From assembly GCF_018350175.1 (NCBI RefSeq), contig NC_058368.1, positions 93,870,001 to 93,934,000 of the forward strand: a stretch of DNA of 64,000 bases, in the 5' to 3' direction. A program made the position numbers and the translations under genes. Positions 52,761 through 64,000 of this stretch are shown piece by piece. Source of the DNA: Felis catus. Taxonomy: Eukaryota. The first letter of the stretch is position 1. The number at the start of each line of letters is the position of its first letter. The notes beneath the pieces were generated by a model. It did not search any database. It saw only the letters and a list, made by a program, of their open reading frames with translations, and was not told where the DNA came from.

Positions 52761-53003
52761 GGGGCACCTGGGTGGCTCAGTCAGTTAAGCATCTGACTTC
52801 AGCTCAGGTCATGATCTTGCAGTCCGTGAGTTCGAGCACCACGTCAGGCTCTGTGCTGAGAGCTGGGAGCCTGGAGCCTGGTTCACATTCTGTTGTCTCC
52901 CTCTCTCTCTGCTCCTCACCAACTTGTGCTCTGTTTCTCTGTCTCTCAAAAATAAACATTTTTAAAAAATTTAATAAATAAATAAATTAATTAATTTTTA
53001 AAA
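52761..53003 (+). mobile_element. CAN-SINE
   Basis: TSD ggatcaca. Confidence 0.94.
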
Positions 53004-54361
53004 AAAGGATCACAATGTTTCTCTTTACATGTCACTGGGTAATTTTTGAAGCTTCTTACTTCCATAGTGTCTGTGGGCCTTATCCCTGCAGGGCTGATCT
53101 CATTATCCTTCCCTCACACATGTAAAGAAATAGCATCCCAAAGAGGCCAGTGACTTCACCAAAGGTCAGACAATGTTTGTGGCAGAGCTGTGCCTCTCTT
53201 TGCTGTTAGATCTCCCTCCAGCACACCTTGGCATCCCACCAGGATTCCTTACAGGCTCCAAGCTGGATGGCAGCCCCAAGCCAATGCCCACATCGTCGGG
53301 GCGATGAATTCTAGCAGCTCTCCCTGGTCTGTGTCTGAACATACCGTTCCCACACGGCCTTCAGTTGGAACATCTTTCTGAACTTGACCATTTCCCTGGT
53401 GATGAGAAAAGACAGCTAATGCCCCTGTGCTTTCCCTACACGGACTCTAAGACTTGTGAGTGAGGTTGTCTCTGGAATTCTGAGAAGAAAATCATTAAAG
53501 GAGCACCAAAGCTGGAAAAAAAACCTAAGGGGTGACCCAGCCCAGCTTCTCACTGCACCAATGAGTAAGTCAAGGCAGACGGCTTGAGGGACACAGATCA
53601 AGTCCTCAGGCTGGCGGGCCAGTGGCCGAAGGGAGCCAAGACCCCAGCGCCTTCCACCTGCACCTTTACTTTGGGCAAATGCTGTTTCTTGGGCTCCTGG
53701 ACCTCTTTGAAAAGCTAGGGTTTTTCAGGTGTTTTTTAGGAAGGAAGAAAAAAACAGGGGGAAAAAAAAAGGTAAGCAGGAAAGGTCATAAATCCCAATG
53801 TTGGAAAGCAGATAAAAGCTCTTCCTTTTCTATGATAAGATCTTGCCGGTTCTTTATTCACTGTGCTCAGTGCAAACACTAGAAAATGTCAGCGAAGGTC
53901 AACAGTGTTTTCTACACAAAGCACTCCATCTTTAACCAGGCTGAGGTATTTTTCTTTAATAGATGTGAGGTCTAATTCCTCAACGATGAGATTTCCTTTT
54001 TCAAATGAGACCAAATTTCTGCGTGAGTAGCATGAACACCATGCTCGGTGCAGAATGTTGTGGAATTCTTCTCTGGGAGTTTTCTTTAGGGTCGACGGCA
54101 CATTCTTCTGTAGGCCTTCAGTGAAATGACTGTCTGTCTTGGTGAAATTGGACTCAGTGCCTTCTCCAGAAAAGGCGCCCAGAAAGGACTCCACTGTTCT
54201 CCACCTCTCCACCGCAGTGATTCACAGGACATTGATCATTCATGTGAACCTGAGTGTTCATTCCCCGTGACAAGGTCAGTCCATCTTGGAAAACCTGCTG
54301 TGCCTCAGATGGAGAGACACTCAGAGTGTGCCTGCTGTCTTACCATCGAGAGAGCAAATCA

Positions 54362-54567
54362 GGGGCGCCTGGGTGGCTCAGTCGGTGAAGTATCTGACTC
54401 TTGATTTGGGCACAGGTCATGATCTCAAGGTTTGAGTTCGAGCCTCCACATTAGGTTCCCTGCTGACAGTGCAGAGCCTGCTTGGGATTCTCTGTCTCCC
54501 TCTCTGCCCCTCCCCCATTCACACTCTCTATCTCTCTCAAAATAAATAAACTTAAAAAAAAAAGAGA
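54362..54567 (+). mobile_element. CAN-SINE
   Basis: TSD gagagagcaaatca. Confidence 0.95.
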
Positions 54568-54715
54568 GAGAGAGCAAATCAGTTTCCCTTCAAGGCCAGA
54601 TAAATGGTCCCAGTCAGGCTGGATGATAAGTCCCCTTCCTCTTCTTTCTAGTCTTTGGGACTGCTTACTGATGCTAATATTTTCTTTTGAAGATGGTTCC
54701 ATCAAGAAGGAGATG

Positions 54716-55562
54716 TCAGCGGACACACGAAAAGATGTTCAACATGACTCACCATCAGGGAAATCCGAATCAAAACCACAATGAGATACCACCTCACGCC
54801 TGTCAGAATCACTAAAATTAACAACTCAGGAAATAACAGATGTTGGCGAGGATGCGGAGAAAGAGGAACCCTTCTGCACCGCTGGTGGGAATGCAAGCTG
54901 GTGCAGCCACTCTGGAAAACAGTATGGAGGTTCCTCAAAAAACTAAAAATAGGGCTACCCTATGACCCAGCAATTGCACTACTAGGTATTTATCCAAAGG
55001 ATACAAAAAGCTGATTCAAAGGGGCACATGCACCCCAATGTTTATAGCAGCTCTATCAACGATTGCCAAATTATGGAAAGAGCCCACATGCCCATCATCT
55101 GATGAACAGATAAAGAAGATGAATACTACTCAGTGATTAAAAAGAATGAAATCTTGCCATTTGCAACAACATGGGTGGAGCTAGAGTGTATTATGCTAAA
55201 TGAAAGAAGTCAGAGAAAGATATCACATGATTTCACTCAGATGTGGAATTCAAGAAACTCAACACATGAACATAGGGAAAGGGAAGGAAAAATAAGATAA
55301 AAACAGAGAGGGAGGCAAACCGTAAGAGACTCTTAAATGCAGAGAACAAATTGAGGGCTGCTGGAGGGGAGGTGGGTGGAGAGATGGGCTAAATGGGTGA
55401 TGGGCATTAAGGAAGACACTTGGGATGAGCACTGGGTGTTGTAGGTAAGCGATGGAGCCTACTCCTGAAGCCAAGACGACACTGTGTGTTAACTAACTTG
55501 GATATAAAAACAAACAAACAAACAGATAAATAAATAAAATATATTTAATTGGATTGAAAAAA
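54716..55562 (+). mobile_element. 5'-truncated L1: degenerate ORF2 C-terminus and 3'UTR
   Basis: [46 protein letters not shown] is L1 ORF2; TSD aaggagatg. Confidence 0.96.
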
Positions 55563-55894
55563 AAGGAGATGGTGGAGCATTAGTGGGTGAGGGGGAAAGG
55601 CCGGGAGAGGTGACCAAAACAGTGAAGGCTTTCATTCTGCAGTAAAAGATTTAAAAATTAAAGGTAAACACCTGGTTGAGTAACCTAGTCAAGGGAGGAA
55701 GTTTCCAAACAATTTGTATCAATGACCCATTTTCAGAGTCTCCCTTGTCTGGATGGGTGGAAAGCTGGAGAAATCAGGAAATATGGCCTACCTTCAAGAG
55801 AAGGAAGGATGTTCATGGATGGTGGGGGGTGGGGGGGGGAGGGCCCATTTGGGCTCCTTTTCTAGCGGCTTAACTGGGACACAATGTAATAAGG

Positions 55895-56067
55895 CCAGCA
55901 GAGGATTTACCCCGAAGCTTAGGCTCAGGCTTCCTCAACAGCACAGGCTTCTTCCAAGGCTCCCCAGCTGATTTTTATATTTGTAAGCTTGTTTTCTTTT
56001 TCTTAAAGGAGCTCCCTCCTCCAAGGCTGAATAAATTTCAGTCTCATAAACTCTGGAGTAGCCACTG
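55895..56067 (+). mobile_element. MER69A-like hAT fossil
   Basis: ggatttaccccgaagctt..ttccaaggc..tttcttaaag..ctggagtagccactg resembles MER69A (recall). Confidence 0.55.
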
Positions 56068-56141
56068 CATGTGCCACGTAGAGATACTGAGTTACAGAAT
56101 CAGGAAGGTAGGCCAGTCTGATGTGGATCAGAGCTGCTACT

Positions 56142-56170
56142 TTTTTTTTTTTAATGTTTACATATTTAGC

Positions 56171-56206
<36 letters not shown>

Positions 56207-56316
56207 CCACGCTGTCAGCACCGAGCCCAACGAGGGGCTCGAACCCACGAACTGTGAGATCATGACCTGAGCCAAAGTTGGACACTTAACCAACTGAGCC
56301 ACCCAGGCACCTCCCC
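56142..56316 (-). mobile_element. CAN-SINE
   Basis: TSD cagagctgctact. Confidence 0.94.
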
Positions 56317-56920
56317 AGAGCTGCTACTATTACTTGGAGGTTCAGGAAGGATCATCTCTCTCTCTCTCTCTCTCTTGCTCTCTCTCTCTCTCTCTTTTAT
56401 GTAAATCGACCTGATTTCCTCTTGGAAACCCCACCTTGTCCCGGTCTCCTTAGGCACATCACACGACCATCCCCCTCTAGGACCAGCCACTTCCTGAGGA
56501 GCCTGAACTAAATGACAGGCACATTTCCCTGTCCAGTGACCCACAGACTCTTCCCTCTTCGGCTCCAAGAGAACCTTGTCTTTTACTCAGCGGCTTCCCC
56601 CAAGACACGGCGCCTTTCCTCTTTCCTGCTCTTTTACCAGAATTCTTTTGGCTTCTCTACCTGTAGTGTGATGATTAACAAGGCAAATGTTAGTCTGTCT
56701 TTTCCTGAGCAGCAAACTTTCCCAAGGGGAAAGGGGACTCAGCATCACGTCCCTTTGGTGCAGACACAAAAGGGGGAGGGGAAAGAAAATCAGTTCATCT
56801 CCAGATTAAAATAGAATGATTGTTTCTACAAGGCCACATGCCATCACAATGTAGCTGGTCTCGCCTCCTCCACTTTTCCAATTGCTGGAAGAAAAGGCTG
56901 TTACAAACCAGAGAAGAGAC

Positions 56921-57135
56921 GGGGAGCCTGGGTGGCTCAGTCAGTCAAGGGTCTGACTACGGCTCAGGTCATGATCTCGCGGTTTGTGGGTTTGAGCCCT
57001 GTGTCGGGCTTGTCAGTGCAGAGCCTGGAGCCTGCTTCGGATTCTGTGACTCCCTCTCCCTCTGCAACCCCCTGCTTGTGCTCTGTTTCTCTCTCCCTCT
57101 CTCTCAAAAGTAAATAAACATTTAAAAAAAAGTGA
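56921..57135 (+). mobile_element. CAN-SINE
   Basis: Full SINEC. Confidence 0.93.
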
Positions 57136-57682
57136 AAGAAAAACAGGGAAGAAACCCTTTATGAATTTAGATGGGGGTAGAGAAGATACTGCCGAGGAAG
57201 ACTACAGGTGGTAGTCTTGCTGATCCCAGGCCCAGCAAAGACCTCTCTCGAGTTGTACCCAGTACTCTGTGTGGTTGGCCTGGCTCTAAACACGTTTCTT
57301 TTTCAGCCTCATACTTAGTGAGTCAATATTTGCAAACAGGCTGCAAATATTGCCTCAAGGAAATGGTACACATGTACTCCTGTGGCATCAGTTTTTCATG
57401 GTTTGCTTTTTTTTTTTTACTCTAGAGCCACTGCAACGTCTCTTATCAGATGCTTTGCAGCCACGTGTAAAATGGTATTCTGTGCAAAAATAGCCAGCTG
57501 GCCCTTCCTGATGTCCAGCCATGACTAAGTCCTAACCTTTGCTCCTCCCTTTAGTTAGCAGGACCGCACCAGGCACAAAGGGCAGGTGAACCAGCACTGT
57601 GGGTTTGGGTCCTTATCGCCTGATGTGCAGGTGTGGTTGGGCCACACTGCACAAATGGTCCAGCACGTAGAAATGTGTGCTC

Positions 57683-57779
57683 ACTGAATTCTACTCCCGA
57701 AACCAATACTACACTATATGCTAACTAACTTGAATGTAAATAAAATCTTGGAAGAAAAAGAAAAAAAAAAAAGAAATAA
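57683..57779 (+). mobile_element. L1 3' tip with poly(A)
   Basis: ctgaattctactcccgaaaccaatact..aactaacttgaatgtaaataaaa; TSD agaaatg(t/g)gtgctc. Confidence 0.9.
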
Positions 57780-58719
57780 AGAAATGGGTGCTCTCTGTGT
57801 GTTGGGGACAATATTCTGTCATTTCCATTTGTTGGTTGGTCTGGTGCCCAGCTTCCCGATTCGCTTGAGTCCACATCAGGTGAAAGGAACAAGCAAGTGC
57901 ATGAGGGGGTCTAATGCTCAAAGACTCGAGGAATTAGACTCAGTAACGAAGCAGATTTTGGGGGAAGAACTGAGCCTCTCTTAGGTTCTGCTGGAAAGTT
58001 CTGTAAACTCCATGATAAAATCTAGCTGAATGTCTGCACTCGTGAGGATTTACAGCTTCTGGTTCAGGTTGATACGCCATAAACTCGCCAAAACGTCACT
58101 CTTGCTAATGATGTTAATTCCCCTGCCGTTAATCAGCTTAGTGCAAAACGCACATGAGACACTGACTAAAGAGTCCTCAATGGACTCCACGTCTCTACAC
58201 TCAGCTTGTCGCGGGCACATCCCGGAAGAGAATTCCTCCTGAATCAACTTGCTGATTCTGGACACCATTTCAAGCATCCTTGAGTTTTCTAGCACTATCA
58301 TTGTTTTGTATTTCAGGAAACCACTGGGACCTCTCTCTCTACTTAATCATCTGACATTTCTAAGCCTTTGGCAAGAGCACCACCAAGTTTAGCTGGGATG
58401 TTTACCGTCAGTTATCTGTCAGGGTGCACTTGTAGGGCAGGTATCAGCACTGGCATTTCACAGGCCAGGAAATAAACTTCTGATGACACACAGGGAATCT
58501 GATACTTGGGTCGTACATGACCCAAGACAATACACACTGCTGAGTCAGGTGGATTTTCGTCACCTTCCAACAGACCCGTTGTTCAAAGCCTTTCTCTAAT
58601 ACTCCAGTCCAGGGAGCCCCAGACACCTCAACTGCCTCCTAAACTCCTAACCCATTTTACTTGTATGTTACATTGGTCTTTAACACATCCTCTTTATACG
58701 GTCCATCATTTTCTTCCTT

Positions 58720-59143
58720 TTGTAAAAAAATATTTATTTATTTATTTTTGAGGGAGAGAGAAAGTGTGTGAGCAGAGAGAGAGGGAGACAGAGAATCCCA
58801 AGCAGGCTCCACACTGTCAGCACAGAGCCAAGTTTGGGGCTTGAACTCACGAACCATGAGATCATGACCTGAGCCAAAATCAAGGGTCAGGTGCTTAGCC
58901 AACTGAGCCACCCAGGCACCCCCATAATCCATCATTTTTTTCTTTTTTTTAAATGTCTATTTATTTTGAGAGAAAGAGACAGAGTGTGAGCAGGGGAGGG
59001 GCAGAGAGAGAGGAAGACACAGAATCTGAAGCAGGCTCCAGGCTCCGAGCTGTCAGCACAGAGCCCAATGAGGGGCTCAAACCCAAGAGCCACGAGATGG
59101 TGACCTGAGTCAAAGTTGGACCGAATGAGCCACTTAGGCACCC
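58720..59143 (-). mobile_element. Two tandem CAN-SINEs
   Basis: Heads end at about 58923 and 59143; tccatcatttt flanks the first. Confidence 0.93.
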
Positions 59144-59885
59144 TTACATTTCCTACTGCCCTGCAACACTGGCCTGAAGGGCTACTGAGGACAATAAACT
59201 AATACAAACGTGAACCAGGAAGAGCTCCTCAGCTTGACTCAAAAAAGAACACATGGGTAACCCCTCATTGCAGGTACTTCCTCCCTGGCGGCCTCCTCTG
59301 TTGCAAGCAAGCAACAGCCACTGCCTCCCTCCAGCCCTTGCAGGAATCCCGCTGGGCACATACCGTCTGTGAACTGCCCTCTCGGCCTTGCAAGTTCATG
59401 CAGAAACAGACTCATGAGCTAACCTTGAAATGAGCCCTCACAGGTTGTCAGATTGCCCTGAGGAAACTGGGCTGAGTTCCCAGCCCAGTAACTGAGCCGA
59501 GTAACAGCCCGCCCTCCGTGTTCAAACCAACAAGTTCAAGAATAAGTCCACCTGTCCGCCCAGCAAGCTTCATATTTAATCTGATCATACAGAGAAAACC
59601 AACAATATGTTTGCTTATTTAAAAAAAAAAAAAAAGGTAAAAATGTTCCATGTAGAACATTTTGGAAATGAAGAAAAGTACAAAAAAAATCGTAAAGTTC
59701 TCCATTCTCTCACCACCCAAAGATAGACACCATCTCACATGCTGGAATCTTTCCTTCCAGTCTTTTTTCCCTCTGTGTCAAAATACTTTTCTCACATAAC
59801 TGAAGTTGTAGTTTCACAACCTGATTATTTTTGCACTTAACCATTTCTCTGAGCATTTTTCATGTTCTTAAAAATCCCCAAAGCA

Positions 59886-60139
59886 GGGAGGAAGGGAGGC
59901 AAACCGTAAGAGACTCTTAAATACAGAGAACAAACTGAGGATTGATGGGAAGGGGGAGGGAGGGGGGAAATGGGTGATGGGCACTGAGGAGGGCACTTGT
60001 TGGAATGAGCACTGGGTGTTGCATGGAAGCAATGAATCATGGGAATCCACCCCCCAAACCAAGAGCACACTGTATACACTGTATGTTAGCCAACTTGACA
60101 ATAAATTATATATTAAATAAACAAACCAATAAATAAATA
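59886..60139 (+). mobile_element. Felid L1 3' fragment inserted into an old L1ME-like remnant
   Basis: gagaacaaactgaggattgatggg..; TSD aat(c/t)cccaaagca. Confidence 0.9.
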
Positions 60140-60389
60140 ATTCCCAAAGCATGGCGTTAATAGTTGCACAGTACTTCCTATGGCAGAGGTACTCTGAGAA
60201 CGCAACCACACTTTCCTTAGGACAGTGTTCACGTGTCATGTTACTGGAGGGTGTGGCTATGAAACCCACCCCAAGTAATTCCACTGAAATCTTTTTTAGG
60301 AAACAAACAGACCTGCTTCCTGCTGGAGAAAATAAATACACTTTCTCAGGAAGAACGGTATAAACATGGCCGGCGCGCTGGTTCCATTG

Positions 60390-60818
60390 ACACCCCGCCC
60401 GGTGTTCACCTTGATCTGCTCAGCTTGCAGCCAGCGGTAGACCTTTTCTTTGTTCCCTGACAGCTTCCCAATGGAGCACCAAGCTGTTCTCCCTGTCCGC
60501 CTGGGATTTTCTCTGTGATTCAAAGACCCCAGGAGTGATCCTCAACCAATGAGGAGGGAGTCCGTGGATCAATACCCCAACTTCCTTGACCTTCCCTGGG
60601 AAAGTTCAGAAGTTCAGGCTGCTCCTTTACTCCAGGATTCCCGGAAGGACGGAGCTGTAGGTGCCTGTCTGGGGTGGTAAGCCACTTAGTATTGGCTTTC
60701 TTCCCTTCCTCTCTTATTATCCACATCCTTCGAGGTTGCTTTCTGGGATCCACTTCTGAATGACTCACTAAACCCAACCTCGTCTCTGGGTCTGCTTGGA
60801 AGAACTCAAGTAAAAACA
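60390..60818 (+). mobile_element. LTR16-like (ERVL) LTR
   Basis: ctcaaccaatgagg..gtggatcaataccccaac..ctgggtctgcttggaagaactcaagtaaaaaca. Confidence 0.7.
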
Positions 60819-61090
60819 GTCCTCTGAAAGCTTAATCTGAGAAAGAAAAGGGGGGAGGGGAACCAACATTTCACAATTGGCCACTAAAGTGCTACTACGA
60901 GTTATGCATGCACCCCACGTGGAAAATACCAGTTTGTGTCACTAATGTAAAGACAGTCTGGAACTCTTTTCTTTCTGAGCCATTTTGACTCCCTTCCGCC
61001 CCCTTTGGAATGTTCCCCCATGACTTTGAGTGTAAGTAGAATGCTGGTCCTCATTTCTTCAGTGGTCATTCACTAGAACACACATATTTT

Positions 61091-61298
61091 GGAGTTCCTG
61101 GGTGGCTCAGTCAATGAAGTGCCTGACTCCAGCTCCGGTCATGATCTCACAGTTCATGAGTTCTAACCTCACATAGGGCTGGCTCCCTGCTGTCAGCAGA
61201 GCTCGCTTCACACCCTGTCTCTCCCTGTCTTTGCCCCACCCCATTCGTGCTTTTTCTCTCTCTCTCAAAAATAAAGATTTAAAAAATTTTTAAAAAAG
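61091..61298 (+). mobile_element. CAN-SINE
   Basis: TSD gaacacacatatttt. Confidence 0.93.
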
Positions 61299-62239
61299 GA
61301 ACACACATATTTTTGGTCATTAGGGCTATTTAGAAACAACCTTGTCACCTTCAGGGGTTGTTCCACAAAGATTCTGAAGACAGAGTAACTGGAAATTCCA
61401 TTGGATTTAAACAGACCAAAGTGTCTGCTAAATCCAACCAGCAGGTTAATAGTCTTTGTTTACACAGCTGGGGCTTGATATAAACTCGATGCAGCCGTCA
61501 AGTACCACATAAACAACTTACCAGGAGTGCTCTAGGCCAATCCGTAAAGCAATGGGTGTTTTAAATAAATTAGAAATCCCAAGAGTCTTTGAGACCCCAG
61601 ACTGTTTACAAAAGAACTGAGACTCCTCTTTCTGCATAAAATAATACAAACCTTCTAGAACATTCTCTACCAAAAAGTGCTTTGTATCCCAATGATTACA
61701 GAATTTAAGACCCTTCCCTACTTTCTCATTCTTTGGACCCTCATTTCCCAAACCTTTTTCTTCTTCAGTTCTTGCTGGTATGCAATTTGACATCAAGAGA
61801 CAGATTAAAATCTTTAGAGGCTGAATTATGGTACGTTTCCCTTTCTCTACTGATGTGTAATTGAAAATCAGTACAATCTGTACAAAAAGAACAACAAAGT
61901 TCTAATAATTCCCGTGATGAACATTTTGGTGCTTCTTTAGAAATATCAAATGTATTCTGAAAATACGCATTGTCTCTTCTGGTACCGTAAGCACAGGCTG
62001 AGTATGCCTATTCAGTAATGCCATCAGTGACACAGCCGTGATAACAGGTCACTTTGCGGTATAGAACTAAGCACCGCAAAGCTAGCTGAAGTCCCAAGTC
62101 ACATAGTCACCTACACCTGACATACGTGCTAATAGCCAAAGAATTAAAGCACCCCAAATCTGGTCCTCAGGTTAGTATTCAGACAGGTGATGAATTTATT
62201 TCACAGGAAATTGGCAAGCTCATCAGAAATGGCTGCTGT

Positions 62240-62438
62240 GGGGCACCTGGGTGGCTCAGTCGGTTAAGTATCCGACTCTTGGTTTCAGCTCAGGTCATGA
62301 TTGAGCCCTGTGTCTGGCTTGATGCTGACAGCACAGTGCCTGCTTGGGATTTCTCTCTCCCTCTCTCTCTGCCCCTCCCCAGCTTGCTCTCTCTCTCTCT
62401 CTCTCTCTCAAAAAATAAATAAACATTAAAAAAATTTT
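62240..62438 (+). mobile_element. CAN-SINE
   Basis: TSD aatggctg(c/t)tgt. Confidence 0.94.
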
Positions 62439-62714
62439 AATGGCTGTTGTGATGCCAGAGCCCCATCCAAAGAGGGTGTTACCAGTGAAAATTGAATTTA
62501 TCCACGTATCACCAAACAAATGTCCCCAGCAGTTTCTCCACGGGCTCCTGAAAATGAATTGACCTTAAAGTAGCCAGGAGACAGGTCTGGCAGCACAACT
62601 AATTTATCACCACTCATGCTGGCCAAAAACCTCTGCTGGGTTTGACGTTCAGAAGATGAATGGGAACAGACTATCCAAACAATTCAAGTGGTCTGAGATA
62701 AAGCTCCATGACTT

Positions 62715-63165
62715 CACACTCTTTTAGTTGACAAGGAGAAAAACCCAACTCCAGCTAGCTCAAGAAAAGAAAGGGAGGTGAGGAGGTTGTGATTTGTGCA
62801 CCTGGAAAGTCCTAGGTTTTCAAGAAAGTCCAGAGGACTTCAGGTAAGGCTGAATCCAGGGGCTCAAGCAGTGCCATCAGGGCAATGCTCCTTTCTCTCC
62901 TCCCCCAGGTCTGGTTGCCTGCAAAATTGGAGTCATGCCACAGACCAGAGCCCCTTTCAACAGCCCCAGTAAGTCTTAGGTCTGTCCCTGTTTGGCTCAA
63001 CTTGGAGCACTAGCCATTCCTTAGTCTCAGGCTATTTTGGCCACAGCTAGGGTTTATGCCCAGCCATAAACCTGGAGATGGGGCTGCCCACAGACATATG
63101 AACCAGGAATGAAAAGGGGTGGTTCCCCAACAGATTCTGGGCAAGGAAGAAAATATGTCCATGAT
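62715..63165 (-). mobile_element. MLT1-like LTR
   Basis: ttagttgacaaggagaaaaacccaactcc..ttcaggtaaggctgaatccaggggctcaa. Confidence 0.7.
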
Positions 63166-63469
63166 AATGTCCCATCATCCCTCCTTTGTGTCATATGTTG
63201 ATTAGAAACAGCAACCGTGTCACGCATCTTTCAGGCTCAAAGCAGCTACTGTAGGTTGTCCTCACTAGTTGGGTGCTCATCTCTGCTAGCTGATCCATTG
63301 ATTGACTAGCACAGATCAGTAAAAAAAAAAAAAAAAAAACAGGGGGCTTCTTTTGTGCAACGGCCACGCATGGCAGTCTGCAAAGACAGAGGACCTCACC
63401 GAAGTGCAGAACTTACTCCAGTTATTAATGAGTCTTTGTAGAACCTTGCCTATCTTAGGAAGCATTTTT

Positions 63470-63680
63470 TAAAAACTTTTTTGTCTATTTTTGAGAGAGA
63501 TAGATAGAGAGACAATAAGCAGGGGAGGGGCAGAGAAAGAGGAAGACACAGAATCTGAAGCAGGCTCCAGGCTCTGAGCTGTCAGCACAGAGCCCGACGT
63601 GGGGCTTGAACTCATAAACTGCGAGATCATGACCTTAGCCAGAGTCAGACGCTTAACCGACCAAGCCACCAAGGTGCCCC
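63470..63680 (-). mobile_element. CAN-SINE
   Basis: Approximate TSD tcttag(g/a)aagc. Confidence 0.94.
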
Positions 63681-64000
63681 TCTTAGAAAGCTTTTTAACT
63701 TCAAACAGGAAGCCCAAAGAGGGATAGGCTGGAAAATGTGGCTCCAATTAGATCTAGATACCCAGTAGTCCAGCACCATAGTTTTGAATGGTGAACTTGT
63801 GGCTGGTCCCGTATATAGGGGGGCATGGCTAGCTACTTACACAATATGTTGAGTTTCTCAAGCACTTGTAAGTCCCTCATTCCTCCCCAGCCAATCAACC
63901 AACCCCTGTGTCGTCAAGTGTTACAGAAAAAAAAACACTGCGATGGGTTCTAGTCACCACACTAAGATATGTGATTTCGAGAAAATCCGTTGGTGTCAAT

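Overview
Mammalian, not prokaryotic, DNA, almost certainly from a felid: the youngest SINEs carry the cat SINEC_Fc head GGGGCGCCTGGGTGGCGCAGTCGGTTAAGCGTCCGACTTCAGCCAGGTCACG, and cat-type L1 3' ends are present. The window looks intergenic or intronic and is very repeat-rich: about 65 tRNA-derived CAN-SINEs, 5'-truncated L1s, MIR/L2 fossils, LTRs (MLT1, MER31-like, LTR16-like), DNA-transposon fossils (MER20, MER53, MER5, MER69, Tigger1) and a 550-bp CAT/CAC repeat. The only recognisable protein-coding homology is an intronless retrocopy of mitochondrial adenylate kinase 3 (AK3) at about 29.1-32.66 kb. Its ATG is mutated to ATA and it has one 1-bp deletion, but no nonsense codons despite heavy, largely conservative amino-acid change. 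It also retains CpGs, has an in-frame presequence-like upstream extension and carries a 303-codon antisense ORF, so it may be a former retrogene. Nearly all other ORFs in the track are repeat artefacts. Repeat family names come from my recall of consensus sequences, not a search, and boundaries are approximate unless a target-site duplication (TSD) is quoted.
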